Source: Acidimicrobiales bacterium (GTDB taxonomy: Bacteria; Actinomycetota; Acidimicrobiia; Acidimicrobiales; CADCTF01). From it: a DNA stretch of 64,000 bases. The position numbers and the translations under genes were made by a program. Position 1 is the stretch's first letter, and the number at the start of each line of letters is the position of its first letter. Below, in pieces: positions 56,889-64,000 of the stretch. A model generated the notes under the pieces. The model searched no databases. It was not told the origin of the DNA and worked only from the letters and a program-made list of their open reading frames with translations. Where the stretch lies: assembly GCA_046597375.1 (NCBI GenBank), contig JBKJKM010000174.1, positions 15,677 through 79,676 on the forward strand, read 5' to 3'.

Positions 56889-57524
56889 TCAGGAGGTGGG
56901 CCGCGCCGGAGCTGCCCGGGTTTGCCATGCGGCGGCAACCGAGTGTTCTGCGTTCTCGCGAGTGTCGCCGGCTGCGGTGAAGATCGCGATCGCCATCGCC
57001 GGCGCGTGGGTTCGGAGGTCCGCCTGTGTCAGTACGCCAGACACTGCGAGGGATGTCAGCCCATGGCCGCTGGCCCAGTAACGCAGCGCAACGTCGCGAG
57101 GATCGACGTCTTCGCTGAATCTGCCGGCGCGCTGTGCCTGGCCTGCTCCGCCGACGAGGAGCTCAAGGCCGGCCGCGGCGCTCTCGGGATCGGGTAGGTC
57201 GAATGCCGCGTCGAACATCACTCGGTAAAGGTCAGGATTCGCGAGGGCATGCTCGACGTAGGCCATACCGAGAGCCGCGAGGTGGCGAACGGGATCGCGG
57301 GTAGGTCGCACCGTGGCGAGGCGGTCACCGAGGCGGATAAAGCCCTCCTGACGGACGGAGCTCCACAGTCCCGGCATCCCACCGAAGTAGGTGTAAACGG
57401 CCATCGTCGACACGCCGGCTGCGTGGGACAGGGAGCGGAGCGTTACCGGCTCGCGCCGAGCGAGCATGGCCGCGGCATGCTCGATCAGGGCTTGCCGCAC
57501 CGCCGGGGATGGCGCTCGGGGCAC
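56889..57524 (-). CDS. TetR/AcrR family transcriptional regulator
   Basis: VRQALIEHAAAMLARREPVTLRSLSHAAGVSTMAVYTYFGG is a TetR HTH. Confidence 0.85.
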   Translation of the reverse strand: MPRAPSPAVRQALIEHAAAMLARREPVTLRSLSHAAGVSTMAVYTYFGGMPGLWSSVRQEGFIRLGDRLATVRPTRDPVRHLAALGMAYVEHALANPDLYRVMFDAAFDLPDPESAAAGLELLVGGAGQAQRAGRFSEDVDPRDVALRYWASGHGLTSLAVSGVLTQADLRTHAPAMAIAIFTAAGDTRENAEHSVAAAWQTRAAPARPTS

Positions 57525-57535
57525 GGCAGTGAACG

Positions 57536-57551
57536 TAGCATGGATATGCTA
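57536..57551. promoter_or_regulatory. AT-rich inverted repeat in the TetR / RidA divergent region (candidate operator)
   Basis: TAGCAT-GGAT-ATGCTA lies within the 59-bp intergenic region. Confidence 0.35.
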
Positions 57552-57583
57552 TGGTATGTGCCTCCCAAGAATGGAGTGAGCCC

Positions 57584-57991
57584 ATGACTGTCGAAGTACT
57601 GAACCCTGACGGCTTGCCAAAACCGGACGTCTACCGTCAAGTCGCCGTTGCCACGGGAACGCGCATCGTGTTCATGGCCGGGCAGGTGGCGCGAGACGCT
57701 GACGGTGCACCGGTGGGCCCCGGCGACCTCGCGACACAGGTCGAGCAGGCCTTGCGAAACGTCAACACCGCCATCGAGGCTGTTGGTGGCACGTTTGCGG
57801 ACATCGCGAAGCTGACCGTCTACGTGGTCGACTGGACCACGGACAAGATGCCGGCGCTCGGCGAGGGAGTCGGAACGGCGGCCTCCGCGCTCGGCATCGA
57901 CCCGCTGAAGCCCATCACGCTCATCGGTGTTGCCGCCTTGGGGGAGCCCGACCTCCTCGTCGAGATCGAGGCCATTGCGGTGCTTGCCTGA
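57584..57991 (+). CDS. RidA/YjgF family protein
   Basis: ATG 57584 follows GGAGTGAG. YRQVAVATGTRIVFMAGQVARDADG...ALRNVNTAIEAVGGTFADIAKLTVYV...LVEIEAIAV. Confidence 0.85.
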   Translation: MTVEVLNPDGLPKPDVYRQVAVATGTRIVFMAGQVARDADGAPVGPGDLATQVEQALRNVNTAIEAVGGTFADIAKLTVYVVDWTTDKMPALGEGVGTAASALGIDPLKPITLIGVAALGEPDLLVEIEAIAVLA

Positions 57992-58243
57992 CTGGGGCGT
58001 GGGTAGCGGAACCACCGACTTGCAATGTCAGACCAATCCGACACCCACTGTTCGGTTCTCGAGCACAACCCGAGGTGGGACTTCGATGGCCACCAACGCT
58101 GGGCTCGGAGAGGGCGCTGCTGGTTCAGCGTTTGCCCCGATGGGCTCGGCACCGCTCCTTCGGTCTCGGTCCTACCGCCGGACTACGCCCAGTTCATAAC
58201 CAGCACTGCATCCCGAGTACGAACAGGCGATCGACAAGCACCG

Positions 58244-59476
58244 CTAGAGATCTGATGCGGGGTGAATGCCCAGCGCGGTGGGTCCGATGTACTCCATGAC
58301 CTCGTTCGGCGAATAGCTCTGCATGAAGGGACCTGCGCGCACGTCCCGGTAGAGCCGAGAGAGACGGCTCGCGTTCATGTAGCCCGCGCCTCCGGTCATC
58401 GTCATCGCGTTGTCCACGACGTCGATCGCCTTCTGGTTGATCGTGAACTTCGCCGCTTGAAACTCGACGAACAGGTCCTCGAGCTCTTCTCGCCGCTCGT
58501 CACCCATCGGGTGCGAGTCGAGGTAGGAGTCGATCAGCGAGGTGACCCGATCAAGCATCGACCGGCAGATCGACAAGTCGATCTCGATCGTTGCGGCATG
58601 TCTCTGCACGCCCGGGAGCGACGCCGCCAATGTCCCTCCTGACGGCAGCTTTGTCCTCGATGTCACTACGGCATAGGCATCGTCCCGCGCCGACTCGGCT
58701 ATGCCCACCAAGCCGCCGAGGAGACCGGACACCTGCGCCATCACGGAGATGAGCACCATGTCGGGCATTGTGCCCCACGGGTGGGTCAGCACGACGGCCT
58801 CGTCCGGGACCTCACAGTCTTCGAACAAGATGTCGTTGCTGCCCGAGGCGCGCATGCCGAGGGCATCCCAGTTCTCGACCACGGTCATTCCCGGCGCGCC
58901 GCGCGGCACCGAGCAAACGGCGGTCGTGCGCATCCCGTTCTCGTCGACCACCGCCGTCACCGAGAACAGGTCTGCAGCGGGTGAGAGCGTTCCGAACACC
59001 TTTCGCCCAGTCAGCGTCCAGCCTCCAGCACGTCTGGTGGCCTGCAACATGGGGTGGAGCAGCGTCGTCCCCCGCTCCGTGAGCGGCGCACACACCACCT
59101 GGTCACGAACTCGCCGGCGCAGTACTCGATCGAAGAACTCGGTGACACCATCGTTTCCGTGCCGAGCCATACCCGCTCGCATGCGCACGAGTCCGAAGGT
59201 CGACCCCAGATGCATGTTCACGGCGATCGCAGTCGACCCGTCGCCACGCCCGAGGCGGTTCATTCCCACCGCCCAGTCGTGCACGGAGGACACGCCCATA
59301 CCGCCGAGTTCTTCCGGGATCAGGGCTCCCAGGAATCCTGACTGCCGCATCTCGGTGATCGTCTCGTGCGGGAATGTTCCGTCACGATCGTGCTCCTCGG
59401 CCCGCTCTGCCGCACTTCTCCCGTGGACAGTCGCCAACTCGGCGAACCGTCTTCCCTCCTCGCTCGTGGGCGTCAT
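58244..59476 (-). CDS. Acyl-CoA dehydrogenase family protein
   Basis: ATG 59476 is in frame in the 58244..59590 ORF. FPHETITEMRQSGFLGALIPEELGG and MTMTGGAGYMNASRLSRLYRDVRAGPF show ACAD-fold N- and C-terminal motifs. Confidence 0.8.
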   Translation of the reverse strand: MTPTSEEGRRFAELATVHGRSAAERAEEHDRDGTFPHETITEMRQSGFLGALIPEELGGMGVSSVHDWAVGMNRLGRGDGSTAIAVNMHLGSTFGLVRMRAGMARHGNDGVTEFFDRVLRRRVRDQVVCAPLTERGTTLLHPMLQATRRAGGWTLTGRKVFGTLSPAADLFSVTAVVDENGMRTTAVCSVPRGAPGMTVVENWDALGMRASGSNDILFEDCEVPDEAVVLTHPWGTMPDMVLISVMAQVSGLLGGLVGIAESARDDAYAVVTSRTKLPSGGTLAASLPGVQRHAATIEIDLSICRSMLDRVTSLIDSYLDSHPMGDERREELEDLFVEFQAAKFTINQKAIDVVDNAMTMTGGAGYMNASRLSRLYRDVRAGPFMQSYSPNEVMEYIGPTALGIHPASDL

Positions 59477-59583
59477 CGCGCGACGCCACGGCTCATCCCC
59501 CCCTACAAATCCTCGCACGCCGGCGAGTTCGCTGCTCGGCGAAGGGCAAATCCGATGGCAGAGAAAAGGTGCAGCATTGGGCG

Positions 59584-60117
59584 ATGCCAAACAGGGTTGT
59601 CCTTGTCACCGGTCCATCTGGTGCCGGTAAGACCGTGACCGCTGAGACCTTCGCCGCGACGAGGCAGTCGCCGACGGCTCTCCTCGATCAGGATCTGGTG
59701 CGGACCTTCGTGAAGTCTGGCTTCGCTCGGCCAGATGTCGAATGGGGTCCGGAGGCAGAACGGCAGTGGCTCTTGAGTCGGTCGATCTGTCTCGATGCGA
59801 TCGGCCGCTACCTCGACGAGGGCTTCGACTGCGTGATCGACGTCTACGCGCCAGGTCCGGATGAACTTTGGCGCGGGCCCGTTCGGAAACGAGGTGCCCG
59901 TTTCGACACGGTGGTCCTTCGACCGAGCCACGAGATTGCAGCTGCGAGGAACCAGATCCGGTCAGACCACGAGCCGACCGATGCTGCCGCCCACCGGCGG
60001 AACTATGAAACCTTCGGCGGACAGGCGCCCGTGCCGGGTGCAGTTCTCATCGACAACACCTCGATGTCGGTGGTGGAAGTCGTTCGCGCGATCGAGCACC
60101 TTCTGAACTGGTCTTGA
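59584..60117 (+). CDS. P-loop kinase / AAA-family ATPase (chloramphenicol-phosphotransferase/zeta-toxin-like fold, tentative)
   Basis: ATG 59584 is in frame in the 59374..60117 ORF. VVLVTGPSGAGKTVTAE is a Walker A. The small size fits small-molecule kinases. Confidence 0.6.
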   Translation: MPNRVVLVTGPSGAGKTVTAETFAATRQSPTALLDQDLVRTFVKSGFARPDVEWGPEAERQWLLSRSICLDAIGRYLDEGFDCVIDVYAPGPDELWRGPVRKRGARFDTVVLRPSHEIAAARNQIRSDHEPTDAAAHRRNYETFGGQAPVPGAVLIDNTSMSVVEVVRAIEHLLNWS

Positions 60118-60192
60118 CCGAGTTGCTGCGCGCCCGGCGATGAGGAACAGCGCAGAATCGCCCGGAGGTCGTTCACTGACCGCTTGAACTCT

Positions 60193-60744
60193 TCACCGAA
60201 CGGCGCGGCGCTCGGCCAGAGCCAGCCGCCGACGGGCCATGTAGCGCAGTCCCGAAATCGGTTCGCGGTCCTCGACTCCAGCGAGGGCTTGCACCGCTGG
60301 CGACGCGGGATCGGCTGACCGCTGGACGGCCTTTCCGAGAGCGTCGATGGCCCCGGCCCGCACCCCGGGATCCGGGTGGTCCAGCATCTCGACGGCCCGC
60401 GGGACGAAGAGGTCGTCGCTCGGGCGGCACGCGTTCTCCTTGCACGCATCGCAAGCGAGCGCATGGAGGGCTCGCTTCAAGACATCCGGGTCCTCGTCGT
60501 CGAGAGCCGCGACGAGATCCGGTAGCGACGCCTCGTCGACGAGGTGGTCGAGGATCGAGGCGCATCCCCGACGGACGAAGGGATCGGCGTGCCGCAGGCC
60601 TCGCCGCAGCGCCGGCAGGGCCTCGGGCGACCCCGCCCGCATCAGATGGCGCCGAGCCCGCTGACGGGTGCCGGCCTGAGCCAACAGCCTCACCCACCCT
60701 TCAAAATCGCCACCGGCCGGCGTCTCTCTCTGCATCCCCGGCAA
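60193..60744 (-). CDS. HEAT-repeat domain protein
   Basis: Repeated motifs of the form ALxxxLxHxDPxVRxxAxxAL occur (RHADPFVRRGCASIL, DDEDPDVLKRALHAL, DHPDPGVRAGAIDAL). Confidence 0.6.
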   Translation of the reverse strand: MPGMQRETPAGGDFEGWVRLLAQAGTRQRARRHLMRAGSPEALPALRRGLRHADPFVRRGCASILDHLVDEASLPDLVAALDDEDPDVLKRALHALACDACKENACRPSDDLFVPRAVEMLDHPDPGVRAGAIDALGKAVQRSADPASPAVQALAGVEDREPISGLRYMARRRLALAERRAVR

Positions 60745-60839
60745 ACGCTACGGAGACGGGATCCAAGCCACCAACGAATTCTTGATCGACCCACGAGCTG
60801 CACAGGACGGCCCCCGCTCCTCACCGGTAGGTTACGAGG

Positions 60840-61319
60840 ATGTCGACCCACGAGCCCATCGAGACCGGGATATCGGCACCGAGCTTCGCGCTATCGGACG
60901 CAGGCGGCACGTCGCTCCAGGTGCCCACTGGCGAACCGACCGTGCTGGTCTTCTACCGGGGCTTCTGGTGACCGTTTTGCCGAAACGAGTTGGCCGGTCT
61001 GGCCAGCCTCAGCGACGAGATCACCGCAGCCGGCGGACGGATCATCGCCGTATCCCCTGACCAGCCCGAGCAGAACGGCGAACTGATCGCCAAGCTTGGC
61101 CTCGACTTCCCGGTCCTGAGCGACCCCGAAATGGAGGTCACCGACCTCTACGGGGTACGACACAAGGCAGCCATGGGACCGAAGGACCTGCCCTATCCGA
61201 CGACATTCGTCATCGATGCAGACGGGCTGCTGCGTCGTCGGTTCGACAATGCCACCTACAAAGACCGGCCCGAGCCGCGCGTCGTCACCGACGCTCTCCT
61301 CAAGGTCATCAGGGCCTAG
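60840..61319 (+). CDS. Peroxiredoxin-like (AhpC/TSA, PRX-like) protein with in-frame TGA at the catalytic Cys position: probable selenoprotein (159 aa, U44)
   Basis: The sequence from ATG 60840 reads ...TVLVFYRGFW-TGA(60969-60971)-PFCRNELAGL... and continues in the same frame into track ORF 60990..61319. The family motif is FxRGxWCPxC, so TGA replaces the peroxidatic Cys. A SECIS-like hairpin follows. Confidence 0.65.
60987..61010 (+). promoter_or_regulatory. Candidate bacterial SECIS hairpin
   Basis: It begins 15 nt after the TGA. The upper stem is UGGCC/GGCCA (60991-60995 pairing with 61001-61005). The apical loop is GGUCU (60996-61000). The lower stem is G87-C10, A88-U09, G89-C08 and U90-G06, with C07 bulged. 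E. coli fdhF SECIS has the same GGUCU loop (GGUUGCAGGUCUGCACC, from memory). Confidence 0.55.
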
Positions 61320-61447
61320 TTTCCCCAGTCGTCACGCGCTCGACTCGCGAGCAATGGAAGTGCGTATGAGCGGCTGCAACACGCGTGACATCCGTCCACT
61401 CCGGGGGCCAAGATGCGGTCACGGACTTCGGCGATCTCGCTACGTGG

Positions 61448-63715
61448 TCAATGCCTTCGGGAAGCGTCTCGGCGGATCAGATTGAGAGCGCTTCCGGCTC
61501 GGAACCACTCGAGTTGTAGTTCGCTCATCGTGTGTTTGCATGAGAACAGGGTCGAGGTTCCGTCCGGTCGGTCGATGCGGCAAGGCACCGGCCGGCCGGG
61601 GGCGAGGTCGGCGAGTGCGAGGATCGAGATGCGGTCGCGCTCGCCGATGGCCTCGTAGGTCGTCGGATCCTCGAACGTGAGGGCGAGCAGGCCCTGCTTC
61701 TTGAGGTTGGTCTCGTGGATGCGGGCGAACGACACGACGAGCAGGGCTCGGGCACCCCGGTGCCTCGGCTCCATCGCGGCGTGCTCCCGCGAAGACCCCT
61801 CGCCATAGTTGGCGCCGCCGACAATGCACCAGGACACCAGCGCGTCGGCCAGCCGGCGGGCGATTTGGGGGAATGGACGGACCTCGCCGTCGAGCGGGTC
61901 GCGCCCTTCACCGACGGCGCCGCTGAAGGCGTTCGTGGCGCCGAGGAAGAGGTTGTCGGAGATGCGGTCGAGGTGTCCTCGATGACGAAGCCAGTGACCG
62001 GCGGCGGAGATGTGGTCGGTCGTGCAGCGGCCGGCGGCCTTGACGAGCACGGGCATCTCGAGAAGGTCGTTGCCGTCCCACGCCGGGAAGGGTTGCAGGA
62101 GTTGGAGGCGCTCGGAGTCAGGAGCGACCACCACTGCCCTCGCTGCTGGCAGGGCGTCGACGGTGGCGCCGGCGGCGAACCCGAGGGGCGGCAGGGCGTC
62201 GCCCCGGGGAGGGTCGAGTGTCACGGGGCGCCCGTCGTTCCCGATGAGGGCGTCGGTGCGGGGGACGAAGTCGTGCGTCCCGGCGAGGGCGTAGGCGACG
62301 ACGAGCTCTGGTGAGGTCACGAATGCCTTGGTCTGAGCGCTGCCGTCGTTCCGCCGGGGAAAGTTGCGATTGAAGCTGTTGACGATCGTGTTAGGCGTGC
62401 CCGGCGCGACGTCGCTCCGGTCCCACTGGCCGATGCAGGGCCCGCAGGCGTTGGCGAGCACTGTTGCGCCGATGGCCTCGAGGTCGGCGAGGAAGCCGTC
62501 ACGTTCGATCGTCGCCCGCACCCGCTCCGAGCCGGGTGTGACGAGCAGCGGCGCCTTGGCCCGCAACCCGGCAGCGGAAGCAGTCCGAGCAATCGAGGCA
62601 GCGTGGGCGATGTCCTCGTACGACGAGTTCGTGCACGAGCCAACGAGGGCAGCCGAGATTGTCGTGGGCACGCCGTTGGCCTGCGCCCAGCGCCCGACAT
62701 CCCCGACGGTGTGAGCGAGGTCGGGCGAGTCGGGTCCGTTGATGCCGGGCTCGAGGGCGGACAGGTCAATGCGGACCACCCGATCAAAGAATCGCTCGGG
62801 GTCGAGCGTGACGGCTTCGTCGGCGCAGAGGTTGCGTGCTTCAGATGACGCGGCGTCGGCGGCATCGGCGCGGCCGGTGGCGCGGAGGTAGGCGGCGGCG
62901 TTGGCGTCGAACGGGAACAATGAGGTGGTGGCGCCGAGTTCGGCACCCATGTTGCAAATCGTGGCTCGGCCGGTTGCCGAGAGGCTGGCGACGCCTGGCC
63001 CGAAGTATTCGACGATGGCGCCCGTTCCGCCGCTCGTGGTGAGCAGACCGGCGAGGTGGAGGATCACGTCTTTGGGCGTGCACCAGTCCGAGAGCATTCC
63101 GGTGAGCTCGATGCCGATGAGGCGGGGCCATCGCAGGTTGAACGGGGATCCCGTCATCACGTCGATGGCATCACCCCCGCCCACGCCCACGGCGACCATG
63201 GCGAGCCCGCCGGCATTCGGGGTGTGGCTGTCGGTACCGATCATGAGCGCGCCCGGCATCGCGTACTGCTCGAGCACGACTTGGTGGATGATCCCCGAGC
63301 CCGGGGGCCAGAATCCAATCCCGTAGCGGCTGCAGGCCGATCTGAGGAAGTCGTAGACCTCGCCGTTGTCCTCTTCCGCTCGGGCCAGGTCGGCGACGGC
63401 TTCGGTCCTGGCTCGGATGAGATGGTCGCAGTGGACGGTCGTCGGCACGGCCGTATCGTCGAGTCCGGCGAGCATGAACTGGAGGACGACGATCTGGGCG
63501 AGCGCATCTTGCAGCGCGACCCGGTCCGGCAGGAGGTCCACGTCCTCCTCGCCTCGCGTGGCCGGGACTGCCGGTTGGCCCGGCGGGCGGTGCGCCGCGA
63601 GCACCTTCTCGGCGTAGGTCAAGGGGCGACTGACCTCGAGGCGAGCAGCGTCGATGCGGTGGGACAGGGCGGAGTAGAACTCTCTTGACATCAAGATAGC
63701 ATGCGATGAAGTCAT
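61448..63715 (-). CDS. acn: Aconitate hydratase, mitochondrial-type (about 750 aa) aconitase family
   Basis: RPLTYAEKVL...PDRVALQDALAQ...TVHCDHLI...GTDSHTPNAGGL...VGSCTNSSYEDI...NACGPCIGQW...SFNRNFPRRNDG show the Fe-S ligand Cys pattern of aconitases. The start is ambiguous (ATG 63715 or ATG 63691). Confidence 0.9.
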   Translation of the reverse strand: MTSSHAILMSREFYSALSHRIDAARLEVSRPLTYAEKVLAAHRPPGQPAVPATRGEEDVDLLPDRVALQDALAQIVVLQFMLAGLDDTAVPTTVHCDHLIRARTEAVADLARAEEDNGEVYDFLRSACSRYGIGFWPPGSGIIHQVVLEQYAMPGALMIGTDSHTPNAGGLAMVAVGVGGGDAIDVMTGSPFNLRWPRLIGIELTGMLSDWCTPKDVILHLAGLLTTSGGTGAIVEYFGPGVASLSATGRATICNMGAELGATTSLFPFDANAAAYLRATGRADAADAASSEARNLCADEAVTLDPERFFDRVVRIDLSALEPGINGPDSPDLAHTVGDVGRWAQANGVPTTISAALVGSCTNSSYEDIAHAASIARTASAAGLRAKAPLLVTPGSERVRATIERDGFLADLEAIGATVLANACGPCIGQWDRSDVAPGTPNTIVNSFNRNFPRRNDGSAQTKAFVTSPELVVAYALAGTHDFVPRTDALIGNDGRPVTLDPPRGDALPPLGFAAGATVDALPAARAVVVAPDSERLQLLQPFPAWDGNDLLEMPVLVKAAGRCTTDHISAAGHWLRHRGHLDRISDNLFLGATNAFSGAVGEGRDPLDGEVRPFPQIARRLADALVSWCIVGGANYGEGSSREHAAMEPRHRGARALLVVSFARIHETNLKKQGLLALTFEDPTTYEAIGERDRISILALADLAPGRPVPCRIDRPDGTSTLFSCKHTMSELQLEWFRAGSALNLIRRDASRRH

Positions 63716-63729
63716 CTTGATGTCAAGAT
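63683..63729. promoter_or_regulatory. Two related AT-rich palindromes (TCTTGA-N2-TCAAGA) in the aconitase / MarR divergent region (candidate MarR operators)
   Basis: TCTTGACATCAAGA (63683-63696) and ATCTTGATGTCAAGAT (63714-63729) have centres 32 bp apart. Each is followed by TAG and each contains one of the two candidate aconitase start codons. Confidence 0.5.
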
Positions 63730-63736
63730 AGATTGT

Positions 63737-64000
63737 ATGGATGCCGACGAAGTCGATCGCCTGGTCGAGGGATGGCGCACGGTCCTGCCTGACGTGGACG
63801 TGTCACCGCTCGAGATCCTGTCCCGAGTCGACCGCTTGGCCCGCCACCTCGAGCGCCAGCGGACCGCAGTGTTCGCTCGACACGACCTCGAGACGTGGAC
63901 GTTCGACGTCCTGTCGGCGTTGCGGCGGGCCGCCCCCGACGAGCTCTCCCCCGGTCAGCTCTTGGCCCAGACCCTGGTGACGTCTGGAACCATGACCAAC
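63737..64000 (+). CDS. MarR-family transcriptional regulator (5' part; runs off the window end)
   Basis: ATG 63737 gives MDADEVDRLVEGWRTVLPDVDVSPLEILSRVDRLARHLERQRTAVFARHDLETWTFDVLSALRRAAPDELSPGQLLAQTLVTSGTMTN, a typical MarR wHTH lead-in. It is not in the ORF track because it has no stop. The track's 63741..63980 ORF is an alternative frame. Confidence 0.8.
   Translation, partial: MDADEVDRLVEGWRTVLPDVDVSPLEILSRVDRLARHLERQRTAVFARHDLETWTFDVLSALRRAAPDELSPGQLLAQTLVTSGTMTN

Noticed and set aside
57992-58243. A 250-bp gap between the convergent RidA and acyl-CoA dehydrogenase genes. I inspected it for a tRNA (including tRNA-Sec, given the nearby TGA-containing gene) or a small RNA.
   Set aside because: No acceptor stem/T-loop (GTTCGAATC-like) architecture or UCA anticodon loop could be assembled on either strand. 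The short ORFs listed there (58025..58255 and others) have non-protein-like translations.
54277-61560. An apparent drop in G+C by eye over parts of 54-61.5 kb (lipoprotein gene, TetR/RidA intergenic region, P-loop kinase, region downstream of the Prx gene). This could suggest a horizontally acquired island.
   Set aside because: I cannot compute composition reliably here. There are no flanking tRNA, integrase or direct repeats, and the genes are ordinary metabolic or regulatory types. A sliding-window GC and codon-usage calculation would be required.

Overview
This is a very GC-rich, gene-dense chromosomal segment of actinobacterial type. It carries LLM/F420-type oxidoreductases, a DinB-fold protein, an MMPL transporter, a class E sortase, CsoR-CopA-CopZ and several TetR regulators. 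Assigning it to Actinomycetota, possibly Acidimicrobiia, is inference only. I can support about 60 protein genes, many joined by 4-nt stop/start overlaps (ATGA, GTGA, TTGA). Most of the long Arg/Pro/Gly-rich ORFs in the six-frame track are GC shadow frames opposite or overlapping the real genes. I recognised no rRNA, tRNA, CRISPR array, transposase or integrase. Recognisable modules are: ccmAB-sortase-ccdA (0-2.8 kb); a c-di-GMP turnover operon (8.3-12.6 kb) divergent from a glycosyltransferase operon; a ferric-iron ABC importer (30.2-33.9 kb); a TetR-controlled heterodimeric ABC exporter (36.1-40.3 kb); csoR-copA-copZ (43.4-46.2 kb); and two back-to-back FtsX/MacB-type ABC systems with lipoproteins (47.0-55.2 kb). 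The observations most worth a second look are listed here. (1) A peroxiredoxin-like gene at 60840-61319 is split in the ORF track by an in-frame TGA exactly at the catalytic Cys position. The TGA is followed by a hairpin with the fdhF-type GGUCU loop, so this is a probable selenoprotein. (2) A HIT-family gene is inactivated by a perfect 25-bp tandem duplication. (3) At two CTGA junctions the only way to keep conserved N-termini is initiation at CTG. (4) The c-di-GMP cluster contains a degenerate HD-GYP-like membrane protein and an unannotated 30-codon ORF with a strong Shine-Dalgarno, and is bracketed by two paralogous proteins of unknown function. (5) Several perfect, AT-richer palindromes in divergent promoter regions look like operators. 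All functional calls rest on motif recognition from memory, because no searches were run.
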